Positions 25,159-39,160 of a stretch of DNA of 64,000 bases are shown piece after piece; the first letter of the stretch is position 1; each line of letters begins with the position of its first letter. The stretch is from contig OZ024755.1 in NCBI GenBank assembly GCA_964016885.1, positions 33,728,001-33,792,000 of the forward strand. Direction: 5' to 3'. Under the pieces are notes generated by a model. It made no database searches. It had not been told where the DNA came from and was given only the letters and a program-made list of their open reading frames with translations. The DNA comes from Eledone cirrhosa (Eukaryota). The position numbers and the translations under genes are program-made.

Positions 25159-25489
25159 TGCCTTGGGCATTTTAAACCTGGCAGAGCCCATCCACTCTTC
25201 AGGTCTGAACACAGTCACCCTCTTTCAGAGAAGGAAGGAGAGTCACAGAATCTAGAATTAGAATCAACCGAAGTGCTGGAATGGTACATTTTTATATTGA
25301 TGTTGAAGGAATCAACAGCATTCTTGATCTCAAAGGGATTTGAACTCAGGGAATATAAAATGAGCTGGAAGTGAATGCCAAAAAGCATTCAATTTAACAT
25401 TCTAATGACTTTGACAATTTTCTTCAAAGGGAGATATTAATTGGTAGCATGGAAAAAATAGACGTTAAATGGTGATGATGATGATATTA

Positions 25490-25810
25490 GATGTAGGCCT
25501 GATTAAGTTGTTAAGAAGATCACTTTGTAATCATCTGGTCCCAGGTTTAACCCCAGCATCTTAGTCAAGTACCTTCTACTTTAATCATAGATTGATTAAT
25601 ATCGTGTTAGTGGAATTTGGTTGGCAGAAACTCTACAGAAGCTCTTTTTTTGTGTGCGTGTGTGTGTTTATTTTGTGTTCCTTTATATCCTATAACTTAA
25701 ATAGTTCAACAAATAGAAATTGATAAAATAAGTACCAAACTGAAATAAGTACTAGGGATGATATGAGGGAATAAAACCTAATGGTGGTGCACCAGCATGA
25801 CAGCTGTCTA
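25490..25810 (+). mobile_element. Old diverged tRNA-SINE
   Basis: Decayed tRNA-like head, a (TG)n patch and the gataaaataagtacca motif. Confidence 0.45.
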
Positions 25811-25899
25811 GGATATACTTTAGTTTTATGGTCAATGTTAGTTTTGTGGATAGAGTTAGTGAATATGTCGCTGAGGAAAAAATATCTCGTTTTTTAAGC

Positions 25900-27230
25900 A
25901 ATCAGGGAAGTTAATAGGTAAGTGTTTTGAAAAAAACATTTATTGTATCAAAAAATTCGACAAAACGGACAAAACAGTTGCCTTTTGACAACCATCATAC
26001 TTCAGTATTATACAAAAAGCTCATATAATTATCATCGCTATCAATATACAGTTGATAGAAAATTCGTTCAAGCAAAGAATTCGATTTTAGCCTTTTCACA
26101 GTTTTAATAACTAACTCCAATACATCACTAAACTTGCTGTCGATATTTTTGGCAACTAAATGCAGCTTATTTGCTACACAGTAAACTGTTCATATAGGAT
26201 GAGAAAGTTCAAGTTTTAAGAGAGAGGAGAAACCTTTGCATCTACCTCCCATATCAGGTGCTTCGTCAGATGCACAGGTAACAAAATTGTTCAATAGGAT
26301 GTTATGCTTATTAAAAAAATAGCTTCAATAAATCTAAAAAGATGAAATTTTTTCGTCAAGCAACAATTGAATATTTTCATTAAAAAAACCCCCAAAACGA
26401 ACACACACCACCCTCAACTATTGACTTCCTACAACTGTTGAATCATCATCAACATTCACAACTCATGGAAAATTCATAACAGCATGGAAAATTCATAACT
26501 CCTTAGATTATGGAAGAATTGATGTTTGGCATCGATGGTCATTTCATCTCTGTCAAGAAATAGTGTTATTACTAAGTGGAAATGCCTAAACAGAGTAAGA
26601 TCTGGTGTTGAACATGCAAAAGTCAATCTTGCAAAATGAGGATATTTAAAGGATGGGGACGTTGTGTGTGACTGTGTCATCGAACCACAGACTATGCAAC
26701 ACCTCCTGATATACCCCCCTGCTGGAACACCCCAGCACAGCATTAGGCTTGACAGAGTTTAATGAGAAATGACAGCAATGTGTTCAGCTGTGGCAGAACC
26801 ACATCTAGCCAAGCTTTGTAACTGACAATCTTGAGGACATGACAAAAAGACTAAGTAAAATTCTCTTCATAATTGTGTCAAGTATTTTATGTATTTCAGT
26901 CAAGAGAACTCCTTCAATATCAGGTCGAAGTAATGTTTCTCCTACAGTGTGGAACTTACTGTCTTTTGCAACCAGTAATACAATATTGTATGATGCAATC
27001 ATCCCTTTATCTGGCGTTCTGAAATTCCAAGATCAATGTTTTTTGATTTTCGAATGATGTCTTTTGCCAAAGGTTTTTCCTGCTCAGTATGCTTAGAATA
27101 TAAATGATACTTTAAGCTTGAAGGCTTCAAGGCTTCACTGCACCTGACACATAGGTAATTGACTGCTCTGAGGAGAAGTGATAAACTCATAAGGTAAATA
27201 ATCAATGCTGTATTGATGATAATTTTTTAA
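25900..27230 (-). pseudogene. Decayed hAT transposase (Buster/ZBED5-like)
   Basis: Minus-strand peptides EALKPSSLKYHL, ASYNIVLLVAKDSKFHTVGETLLRP, CASDEAP, YCVANKLHLVAKN and TEV*WLSKGNC, with many stops and frameshifts. Confidence 0.8.
26560..26835 (+). mobile_element. Vingi/Ingi-like LINE 3' end nested in the hAT relic
   Basis: NRVRSGVEHAKVNLAK*GYLKDGDVVCDCVIEPQTMQHLL; homologous to 53596. Confidence 0.65.
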
Positions 27231-29559
27231 AATGGAGATATTGGGTTGTTTAGAAATTGTACAATGCAAAGAGAAAATAGGAACATTAAATAACAAAATG
27301 TTTCCTTTACCAAATTATATTTCAAAGTCTGTTTTGAATAATCCACTAACACAAGAACACTAGAGTATTGCAAGCACTTGGCAATCAATACAATTCAACA
27401 ACTTCAAGCAGCTGTCTGTTTATATGAGTATACACGTTGAGCTGTGAACAAGTCCTATCTTGGGATTCTCATATTTTGTCTGGCATTGTTGTCGGTGCCA
27501 CCTTGTCTATGTTCTGTCACCAGAGTTCTTTGTGGTAATTGCCAGTGTGAATTTTATGTGTGATCTCTTATGGCTGGTGGCGTTGGTGAGTTTATCCTGA
27601 GGTCACTTCTTAATTTTACTGGCAAAGTTGTTCTTTGTTTTACCTTATTTGATTTATATCCAAAACAAATGTTATTTCATCTGAAAAACTATTTGAATAT
27701 TAATGACCCTTTTCAAAACTACAAAAAATATCAAAGTGCTTCTTGTTTGCGGGGATATTTATATCTTCTCTAGGAGTGTGGCTCAGTCATTCCCATTTAA
27801 CCTCCTCTTTCTATTTTTGTTTTTATCTGTATACAGGTTATTTGCATAACTACTTTGAATATTTTTTTCAGGTAGCATATTTTGAAATATTTTCTTAATA
27901 CTCAAAATCCTATATTACCCACCATTTTCTGTTCAGTTGCTAATTGCTCACCCAAAAGTTGAAATCGCCCAGGCTGGGCAACCCAGAGTTAGAGTAAAGC
28001 TCATTTGGTTGACAGCATAGAATTAATGTAGTTTGAGTCAGAGAAACGAAAGGTCTTACTTACAGATATCCAGGTGAAAGAGGTGTACGGTGAAAAGAGG
28101 GAACTCTTTTCACCATACACCATAGTATATGCCCTTACTTAAGTAAGGGCATATACTAACTTTTACATGAAAGTTGGAATATAGAGTGTAGATTAACAGT
28201 TATGGTAGAATGAAAGTTAATATGATATAGGGATTAAGATCCAAGTTGGACAGAATTCTCTCACCCCTTTCTGTTCCAACCGGTCATAATTGGCCACTCA
28301 TACTGACATTAATGTATTGCTCTCAAAATAAATAATATCAAACTCTCATAGATTCAATATTATGTGAGATAATTATGTAAGATAAAGCCTTTACCACGAA
28401 AATACAACAGTATATAGAGAGTAATGTAAATGTTAAAGGGTTAAAATGACCATGCCTGTGACATTGATGACAAATGTATATGTAAAACCAATTTTTATAG
28501 GTCATGTATGCCAATCCATAATTTAAAAACAATATTGTGATAGCATTTTAACCTGTAAATCTTATTTGGATAAATTAAAACTAATTTAATATATTTTTTA
28601 TAGTTTTGCAGTCATTACTTGATAACATGTTATTTAATCAGAATTAGAAAAAAAACTGTGTTTAATTCATTTTAGTACCTTGGGCTAGATCTCACAAACT
28701 TTCTCACAATGAGATTAAATCCACTTTAAATATGTTTACTATATTGAATTTAATCTAACATTCTCTGCAGTGTAGCACCTTTTGAAATCATCCTCTTTCA
28801 CTATTTCTCATAGAGCTTAAATAATTCATTGTTTCCCTGAAAAACATATATCCCACTTTTCCTTTGTAGTAAAACATGTTTTCTCATAAATGTAGATGGA
28901 TATCTATTTATATATATATCTTCCTGTATATCTGTCTATCTACCAAGTTAGTTAGTTGCCTAGGTAGATAGATAAATATAGGTAGAGTGCCAAAGAGACA
29001 TACCAAAAAGCAGATAAATAAAGAATGGCAAAAGAAACTCAGATGTACATCTATAAAACCACTAAAATGTAGTAAAATAATAATGTTAGAAAATCAATTT
29101 TTTGTTTCCTATTTTCAAAGTACATACAATAATCTTGTAAAAATCTAAATTTCTATTCAAAGGATATATTATTTTATCTAAGAGACATGATTATTATCAA
29201 CATCTTAGCTCCTTCTTAATTCATAAAGTATTTTCAATTATCTTCCAGAAATCATTCTATTCTTTATCTTTACCAATGTGAAATGGTTGTGAGAAGAGAA
29301 GCATAGCAAATTATGGTTCCAGAATATGAAACACAATAAATGTTAAAAAGCTTCAACCAGCTTTCGTCTACAAAACTAAATTAAAATCATCTTTTCTCTG
29401 TAGTGATGCAGAATAGTATTTATCTGAATCTAAAATAATTTGGTTTTTCTATCTGGCACAGAATAATAGCAATAAGTACTCTGATAATACTACTACTTTA
29501 TTATTATTATTATTTTTTTTTTGGGGTGATTATATAACTGTGCACTAATAAATGTTTGA

Positions 29560-30190
29560 TCATCATCATCATCACCACAATATCATATCATCATCATCAC
29601 CATCATCATACATATCATCATAATATCATCATGACAATATTATCATAATTATCATCACCATCATCATCATTATTATTATTATTATTATTATCACATCATC
29701 ATCATCACTATCATCATCACCACCACCACCATCGCCATCATCATCATCATAATCACCATCACCATCATCACCACCACCATCATGATCATCGCTATTGTCA
29801 TCATCATCATGATGATCACCATCATTATCATCACCACCACCACCACCACCACTACCACCATCATCGCCATCACCATCATAATCATCACCACTACCACCAC
29901 TACCACCATCATCACCATCACCATCACTATCATGATCACCATCATCACCACCATCATCATCAACATCACCACCATCATCATCAACATCACCACCATCATC
30001 ATCATTGCCACCATCATCCTCACCATCATCACTATCATCATCACCATCATCACCACCTTCATCATAACCAACTAACCAACATCATCCTCGTTCTAATCAC
30101 TAGTAGTAGCAATCTACAACAACCCCCACATAACATTTTCATTCCCATCTATCGTAACTACATACATTACGACCACCATCACCACTAAAT
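29560..30190. repeat. (CAT/CAC)n trinucleotide tract
   Basis: Similar tracts at 45680-45985 and 47358-47865. Confidence 0.95.
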
Positions 30191-31324
30191 ATATATATTT
30201 CATCATTCATGCTACCATGGACACAACCAATATCACTTCTAAAATATTCACTTGCCACCTACACAATATTCTTTTCTGAAATATTATCTTATCATTATCA
30301 ACAATATTAATAATATATTCACTGAATATTAAAACTGTTCAATTTTGAAAACATCAAATGTTAAAGAATTCTTTATTCTTCAAACATAAATGTCTTCCTT
30401 TATTTTTTCAAGGAGCTGAAAATGCAATTATAAAATACATTGCCTGAAAAATAGTTAAGATTTCTTTTTAAATTCCTTATTTCCACATAATAACTTTAGT
30501 TGTATAGATCTATAAACTCAGGATTTTACTGAGAATTCTGGATAGATATCTTTTTTTACTAACATCAGAATTTTTTTTCCATATGCTGACGTGTATGTGT
30601 ATATGTGTTTGTGTTTGGGTGAGAGGGAATGTGTGTGTGTGTGCATCCGATATAGGTTTGTTATTTTTGTTGATTTATTACTTTAAATCGAGTCAGGCAA
30701 ACCATATTGTTTTAAATAAGTATTTTTCAACCTAGCTAACTTGGTCATTTGCAATTGGAACACATGTATACTTATATCTGCGTTCATCCCTCTCACATAT
30801 CCAATTATATTACATGGCTCGGAAAGATTCCCTTCTTTGAGCTACTTAATTGTAAAAGACTATTTTGAGTTTATAACTCAATCTATGATATTCTCGGCTC
30901 GTGCCTCCACTTTCTCTCTCTCTCTCTCTATATATATATGTGTGTGTGTGTGTATGTGTGTGTGTGTATGATAATCATCCTTTGGTTGTCTCTAACTTTC
31001 AGTTGTCTATAACTTTCCCATATTGTAAGACGTTGTTTGCTCACAGATTTGGTTCAGGAGTGTCTCAAAATATCACCAAGTAGTCTGAACTGGTGAGTGA
31101 CATAGAGTGGAAAAGAAATGTTACTTTTTGTCCTTTTCTATAAATCAATGTTTGACACATGAACAGTTGATCCCCAACATCATTTTCATATACTAGAATT
31201 TTTTCCATAAGCTGACACATATGTGTAAATGTGCCGTCTAACCCATGCTAGCGTGGAAGATAGACGTTAAACGATGATGATGATGATGATGATGATGTAT
31301 GTGCATATGCATATATTTATATGT

Positions 31325-31420
31325 ATAAGGACAATACACCAGGATTTTTTCATTCTGATGATTGAAAGCAAAATTTTTTTGCTTTTAAGAAACCACTGGT
31401 AAATGAAATAATTGCCTTAT
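31325..31420 (+). ncRNA. Type I hammerhead ribozyme, apparently intact
   Basis: tttcatt-CTGATGA-ttgaaagcaaaa(ttt)ttttgcttttaa-GAAA-cc(act)gg-TA-aatgaaa (31348-31408). Stem I extension ataagg-caat/attgccttat. Confidence 0.85.
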
Positions 31421-31504
31421 GTTGTTTATTACATAACTATATGTATAAGTATATAAATATAAACGGGCAAACACAGCCACACTTACAAAAATACACACTT
31501 ACAT

Positions 31505-32041
31505 GTTCTGAGTTCAAATCCTGCTGAGGAAAGCTTTGCATTTCATCTTTGAGGGGGTCAATAAAATAAAGTACCAGTAATACACTGGAGTCGATGTAAA
31601 CAACTTTCCCCTCTCCCCAAATGATTGGCCTTCTGCCTCAATCAGAAACCATTATTTAATATCCCGCCGAGGTTGACTTTGCCTTTCATCCTTACGGGGT
31701 CGATAAAATAAAGTACCAGTAATACACTGGGTAATTGCTGGCCTTGTGCCAAAAGTAGAAACAATTATTTAATAGATGTAGTATGCAAAACAGTTAATGA
31801 ATGCAACCTTGGGTATCGACACATATAGCACAATATTAACTTCCCTGTTATAATTGTTTCTACTATTGGCACAAGGCCAGCAATTACCCAGTGCATTACT
31901 GGTACTTTATTTTATCGACCCCCGTAAGGATGAAAGGCAAAGTTAACCGTGGCAGGATTTGAACACAGAATGGCAAGGGCCATAACTCTAGGCGTCAAAG
32001 CATGGTGTCCGACCTTCTACTGACACTGCCAATCCACCGCC
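31505..32041. mobile_element. SINE A cluster (31505-31655 +, 31660-31770 +, 31850-32041 -)
   Basis: Consensus matches in both orientations. Confidence 0.8.
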
Positions 32042-32139
32042 ATTATAATGTTAGGCAATTCAAAGCACAGTTAATGCACATTGTTCTTTGATTGGCTCTT
32101 AAATGATATCAGTTCTAAATATAAGATTAATATTATTAT

Positions 32140-32479
32140 GGAGGCACATTGGCTTAGTGGTTAGAGCATTGGCCTTGCAATCGAAAGGTTGTGAGTTCAA
32201 TTCTCAGACCGGGTGGGTGATGTGTTGTTTCCTTGAGCAAGACACTTTATTTCACATTGCTCCAGTTTACTCAGCAGTAGAAATGAGATGATAGGGACTG
32301 GGTTCCCTATCATTCCACTGCAAAGTGGACGTGTAGGCGCCACGGCAAAAAAGCACCCAGCACTCACTGTAAATGAGGTTGGTGTTAGGAAGGGCATCCA
32401 GCTGTAGAAATCAAGCCAGAATCAGTTCCCGTCCCACCCTTGCAAGCAGGGAAAAGCGGACGTAAAATGAAATGATGAT
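32140..32479 (+). mobile_element. SINE family B
   Basis: Full-length match. Confidence 0.9.
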
Positions 32480-33817
32480 TAAGTAACACTGTATAAACTA
32501 CTAACAGAAGTGGCGTCACTTTTTTAGAAGAACTTATCTTTTAAAGACTATATTTCAATCCCTCGTAGATGAGACTTCTAACAAAACTGGAAAATCAGGA
32601 CAATAAACCACACAACTTAGGTCATATTGTTGACATTTCATTAAAATTACACACAAAAGCTAATTATTTGAAGCCAGACTAAGTCATACCGAATTTCTGG
32701 TTTTATTAATCTAAGAAGGAGGAAAAGCAAAGTCTCTCCACTGCAAATACACGCACACACACAAATGTACATACACACATGCACTTACACACATGCACAC
32801 ACACACATATATATATATATGTGTATGTATGTGTATATATATATATATCATTTATTAAAAGTTAGGAATTTAATTTAATTCCTAACAGAATATTTGACAA
32901 CAATTATGTGTGTTGTGTGTGTATATAAATTTATTTTTTAGTTTGTGGATGTAACTACCTAGTGAGGTGTAGTTTGATATATTTTCCTATCTAAAGTATA
33001 AATGTGTGAATTGTACTTAGATTTAAAGTAGTTGGGAGTCATACACACAAAAATAGGGGTTTACATAAATGCTTGTAAAAATTCTTCAGGAAAGATCCTC
33101 TGTCCAACAATAGAGGAGAACACATATATACAGACATGCATGCAATTATGTAATCATCATCATCAGCAGTAGCAGCTTTATCATTGTTTCACATCCACTT
33201 TCTATGCTGACAAGTGACAGAAAGCAGAAATCGGGAGCAAGCAGAGAGAAGTAGGTTCTATAATAGATGGATCCCTTCTATAATAGAAGCAATATCCAGT
33301 TGGAAACTTGAAGCTTCTTAGAATGATCTGCCCTTGGTGAGGGCATGAAATGTCAAACTCTGATTTAGAGTTTAGCAGATGCAACAAAAGCATGTGTAGT
33401 GTTGCATCAAAATGGTCTCATTTAGACCGGGGGGTAGACCTAACACTGTTGATGTAAAAGGATTTAGTTTTGAATCAGTCAACAAAATAACTGTTGAACT
33501 GTCCTTCAGCTTTCAAATGTATTTTGAGAGGGATATGGTATTGAGGCATTTCTTTTAATGTTTTCAAGAATTCTGAAAGTCTAACGCCATTTTCAAGCCA
33601 GATTAATTAATATGGAGAAAAATTAATATGAAGAAAACTTCAATTCCTAGACTGCTTGGTTTTAGAGTAACTGTGTATGGACAATGAAAGATGTGTCTAA
33701 TTACAAAGTGATCCTGATGTTACAATCTATCATGATCTCTCAGGGAATGAAGGGTAATGGCATGGCTTTTGGTGGAATTTTAATCTTTTGATGGAATATG
33801 AACTTGGATCGGAAACG

Positions 33818-34073
33818 ACTGGAAGATATACCATAAAGCATATTATCTAATAATCTAAATCCACCAATATAATGCCCTTAACTGTAAGATATACCATAAA
33901 GCATATTATCTAATAATCTAAATCCACCAATATAATGCCCTTAACTGGAAGATATACCATAAAGCATGTTATCTAATAATCTAAATCCACCAATATAATG
34001 CCCTTAACTGGAAGATATACCATAAAGCATATTATCTAATAATCTAAATCCACAAATATAATGCCCCTAACTG
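33818..34073. repeat. 63-bp tandem repeat x4
   Basis: actggaagatataccataaagcatattatctaataatctaaatccaccaatataatgccctta. Confidence 0.95.
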
Positions 34074-35062
34074 AAGCTTTATTTATTGATTCTGAAAGAA
34101 TGGAAGGTAACATTAACCAGAGAAAGATCTTTCAGCAGTTTGAAAAGAGGATCAAACCAACTGGCAAGTGTGTATAACCTATCAAGGTTTATTTAACTCT
34201 CTCTTCCAAGTAGTAGACAGTTGTGGAAACTTATTAAATTGTAAACAAGCCAGTCAAATCCACATGTCAATGATAATGTAAACAGGCAGGAGAAAAGAAT
34301 GTATTGAATACTGAAAACAGAGTGTGAAAATATATTTCATATCTCTAATCTTTCGACAACATTTTAATTTGGATAACTATTCACATTTTGCTTCTGGGTT
34401 ATTGAGTTTATTAGACATTTGGGATATTACTACCTGAATTGATTTTCGCTATATTGGAATTATACTCCTTGGACAATTTATACAAAGCTGAATTACTGAT
34501 ATATCAAGCTAAGGGGTCCTACCTGGGAGGCAAATAACTCATAAAATCTTGAATCAGAATGTGTGAAGGGAGCTTAAAGAGAATAAACCATAATTCCACC
34601 TTTAGACAGATAGACAAAGGAAATAGCACAGCATTATCAACACACAAACTACACAAATTAAGATGGCAAGTCTAATCCCACTTAGTCTATATTGTATATT
34701 AGCAACAATTGCACCATTTGTTTTAATTTCTGTGGCCTCTTCCATCCTCAAAATGTAATACACTTTAAACATGAAATCAAAATTAATTTCTAAGGTGTTG
34801 CAAAACATTAATTCTTCCCAAAACTATTTCACACACACATATATGTTATGTATATTATTGTTGTTACCGATCAGTTCAGCTCGGTTGACCACCAGTATAT
34901 CACAAGAAACCTGCATCTCCTATGCATTTTATATGCCTAGAACATGTTTTGGAATATGTTATACATAAGCCTTGCATCTTCGAAATATATATTATAAAAT
35001 AGAGAAGATCTAAAGTAACTATTTTTTGTTTGTTATTATATGTATATATACATATATACAAT

Positions 35063-35132
<70 letters not shown>

Positions 35133-35222
35133 ATAATAATAAATTTGAAGACTAAAATCCAAAGAGGGCTCAATAAGCAGCGATTCTTTGCTTAAACTTT
35201 AATCTGTTATTTTAATAAATAT

Positions 35223-35552
35223 ATCATCATCATTTTACGTCCGCTTTTTCCCTGCTTGCAAGGGTGGGACGGGAACTGATTCTAGGAAGGGCATCCAGCT
35301 GTAGCAGCTGGATGCCCTTCCTAACACCAACCTCATTTACAGTGAGTGCTGGGTGTTTTTTTGCCGTGGCACCTCCATGACCACTTTGCAGTGGACCCCA
35401 GTACCTATCATCTCATTTCTACAGCTGAGTAAACTGGAGCAATGTGAAATAGAGTGTCTTGCTCAAGGAAACAACACATCACCCGGTCTGAGAATTGAAC
35501 TCACAACCTTTTGATTGCAAGGCCAATGCTCTAACCACTAAGCCATGTGCCT

Positions 35553-35554
<2 letters not shown>
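35223..35554 (-). mobile_element. SINE family B with an internal micro-inversion
   Basis: Full-length match; taggaagggcatccagctg-tag-cagctggatgcccttccta at about 35283-35323. Confidence 0.85.
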
Positions 35555-35627
<73 letters not shown>

Positions 35628-35709
35628 GTTCGGATGTGTGGTTGTAATCACCAATCATAGAGATAAATAAACTATAGAGTGTATAACACAAGGCAAACTG
35701 ACACATGCC

Positions 35710-35766
35710 TTCCTAGCTACTCGAAGTTTCCTGAAGCAAGTTGATCTTACTTTGTTCTTCAGGGAA
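35710..35766 (-). ncRNA. Degenerate hammerhead motif
   Basis: Minus strand: ttcc-CTGAAGA-aca-aagtaag(atcaa)cttgctt-cag-GAAA-cttcgagtagc-TA-ggaa. Base of stem II and stem III are imperfect. Confidence 0.4.
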
Positions 35767-36099
35767 TACACACGTGTTCTTTGTTAGGTTTGACTAGAAT
35801 TGCATGACTGTGAATGAGAGAATTAAGATGATAGTAGTGTCACAAGAGAGAGGGGAGGAGAGAGGGGGCAAGCAAGAGAGAGAGAATTAAAAATATCAGC
35901 TAAATCTTCATTAAATCATACACAAACCTCACAAAAGTGGAAGGATACTTTGGATAATGTAGAGAGACATTACCTTTAATCAGATACCATACCTGCTCAA
36001 TCAATAGCTTTCTCTATTTTGGCTTAAGACAGACTTTAGACTTTTTTTTTTTAGATATTTACAATCATGAGTTACTCTAGAACTGATCTGTAAGACTTT

Positions 36100-36820
36100 C
36101 TGAGTGTACTGGCCTAACATTCGCTGGAGGCTGGCTTACACATCCACATCTCCAAAACAAAATGTATGACAACCGATAAAAACAATGCCCATCTCCAACT
36201 CACAATCTACAACCAGCAAATTGCTCAAGTTACAGAGTTTGTATAACTCGGTCACAAAATATCATCAAACAACAGTGGAATGGTTGCTGCGCAGTATTGC
36301 ATTGCTCTAGGTTGGGCAGCTTTCAACAAGAACAAGGAAGTCCTAACATCAAAAATGAGTTTCCTATCATTTCAAGGCTAAGATCTTTGATTCTTACATC
36401 CTACCAGTTGTGTTATATGGTCTTGACTGTGTTAATTGGATGACAAGGTCACTTCAGAAGCTCTCCACATTCCAGAACCACATCATGAGACTTATGACTG
36501 GCAAGGGGCTCAGCGACTGTATCTGTATCAGTGAGCTGCTCAACATTACCAAACTTAGACCAATTACATCAATTGTCAAGTCAAGAGTATTCAAACTATA
36601 CGGCCATATAAAAAGATCAACTCGTGGTGTGAGTAGGTTATACCTGGAAGGAAGGTTGGTAAGTAAGAGAAGCAAAGGCCAGCAGCCAAAACCATGGGTT
36701 GATAATGTCAACTTATGGACTGGACTTTAAACTCTGCTGTTGGTGATTGAACTTTGTGGAGAAAAATATTTCATGTTGATGCACAGACTGCACCTGGCAG
36801 AGTTTAGCGTCAAAGAAGAT
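36100..36820 (+). mobile_element. RTE-type LINE, C-terminal half of the RT ORF, decayed
   Basis: GLHIHISKTKCM, EFV*LGHKI, ILPVVLYGLDC, KLYGHIKR, LEGRLVSKRSKG..PWVDNV. Confidence 0.8.
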
Positions 36821-38173
36821 ATTTACTATTGTATTTTCACAGTAAATACTTTATCTCACATAATATCGAAGCTATGAGATTTTGATATAATTTATTTTGA
36901 GAATAATACCTTAACATCAGTATGAGCGACCGATTATGGCTGGTTTCAACAGCAAGAAGTGAGAGAATTCTGGCTGGATATGGCTGATTTAAATGCTAAA
37001 GGGTTAAAGTCATGGTTTTCCCACATTTTGGGGGCTAAGTAAGACTAGACTAACTAGTATCTACTTTTTATTATTTGAGACATTTCAATGAGATTTAGTA
37101 GCTATTCATGGAGATCAAATACCCAGACAGAGGATCAATTATTAGCTCTAAAATAATTAGGTAAAGACGCTGGTGAGGATGAAAATGGTAGTGATAAAAA
37201 ATAGATAGAATATGATGAGAGCAGTGGAAATAGTGATGATGATGATGAGTGATAACAAACGAGAAGATGTGAGAACTAGTGACAAGTTTGGCATCAATAT
37301 TCTTTGCAATAAAATATGCTACTTACTACTATAAAGATGATCTTGTTCTTTACTTACATTAACTTTTGTGAATATGTCAGTCACGGTTTTAAACAACTAG
37401 TTTCAATTAAATAGTGTGAAACTACTTTGGTGGTTTGAGAGCTCTTATATATATGTATGTATGTATATTAGCATATTTACATATGCGTCAGTAAATGTAC
37501 ATGTATGTTTAGGTGTGTGCAATTTGAAATAAATTGATGTGTTAAATTTATATGTATGTGAGTGTGCATATACTTACATATAGACATTGCTTTTAACTGC
37601 TTGAACCTGTTTATCTTTGTGATGATGCAACCCAATTTCCACAAATTAACACCATAATAATTAGCAATATGAATAAATATATATATATATATATAATTAT
37701 TTCTGAAGACAGCATATGACCTATTTTCATCCCTAAAATAATCTTTCATTCATAATACTCTTTCCATCCAAAACTGAAATCTACCTTCCTCTACCCATAA
37801 ATTAAGGTTCTTTTACTACTATTTTACCATCTTGACCTTCACTATCTTTCTATTGGTCAATTCAAAACCTGTTCCCAAACAGACCTATTGTATTAAATCT
37901 TTGTTGGTTTTTTTCAATAAACAAATATCATTATTTCTGAAGACAGCATATATATGTGTAGGTATGTATACTCCCTCTGATAGTTTGTAAAAATTTTACA
38001 TAGATCTATAGGATATGCATACCAACACTAACATATATATCCTAGAAACGATCGTAAAATGATGAATTTTTTAATATAAGGAGCTGTTTCTTTGTTTATT
38101 CATTATTTTTATTAATTTATATATATATATACAATATTAAATAAATGGAAAACTATATTTATAAAACCATATC

Positions 38174-38239
38174 TATTTCATTATATATATTTCGGGGATA
38201 TCATATTAACAATATGCTATGCCTTCATCAGACAAAATA
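38174..38239 (-). ncRNA. Type I hammerhead (family H2, diverged)
   Basis: Minus strand: tattttgt-CTGATGA-aggcatagcatatt(gtt)aatatgatatcccc-GAAA-tatata-TA-atgaaata. Flanks homologous to 56066-56333. Confidence 0.7.
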
Positions 38240-38320
38240 CAATATAAACAGTTTTATAGATAAATATATTCGACATACCGTAATAAACATCAACTTCATT
38301 TGAAGAGGTTTACGCTAGCA

Positions 38321-38366
<46 letters not shown>

Positions 38367-38382
38367 TATTTTCAGAAGAATG

Positions 38383-38433
38383 AGTTTCAGAAGATCCCGT
38401 TAAGGGTGAAAGCAGCGATTCTTTGCTTAAACT
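38383..38433 (+). ncRNA. Hammerhead-like motif family H3 (CAGAAGA core), second copy
   Basis: Identical to 21144-21194. Confidence 0.6.
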
Positions 38434-39074
38434 TTAATCTGTTATTTTAATAAATATTTGCTCTACGGTTCTTATATATTTAATATATATTTATCCTTAT
38501 CGAGCCCTCTTCGGATTTTAGTCTTCAAATTTATTATTATTACTATATATATATATATATATAGAAATAAACAGCTTGTTAATTGCAGGGTATCAATATG
38601 AGTTAATAACTCTGTATTTTATTTGTATATATATATATATATATATTTGTATATATATATATATACATGTATATATATATATATATGTATAAATTTTATG
38701 TCAGGTCTCTCTTGAGTGCTACTGGTAACATGTAAACTAGTACAACCTGTCACATGATCGGGTCGTCGGTGACTAAACCGGCAACCTAATTCAGCTAGTA
38801 TATATATATATACATATTTATTATAATTTCGTATTTCTAAAGAAACACCGTATGTTTATAGATAAACATTTAGAAAGCCATAACTATGCAAAAAATACTG
38901 GGGCTATTGCCCTTTGGTGGCGTCCAGCAGAAGCAAGGGGGATAATCATCGATGCATTTTGAACTTAATTGGTTCTGATCAGGATGATCTCTCCCACTCT
39001 TGTGACTGCTGGACTTGAAAACAGTTGAGAATATATAGTATCTATATATCCATGCGCGTGTGTGTGTGTGTATG

Positions 39075-39156
<82 letters not shown>

Positions 39157-39160
<4 letters not shown>

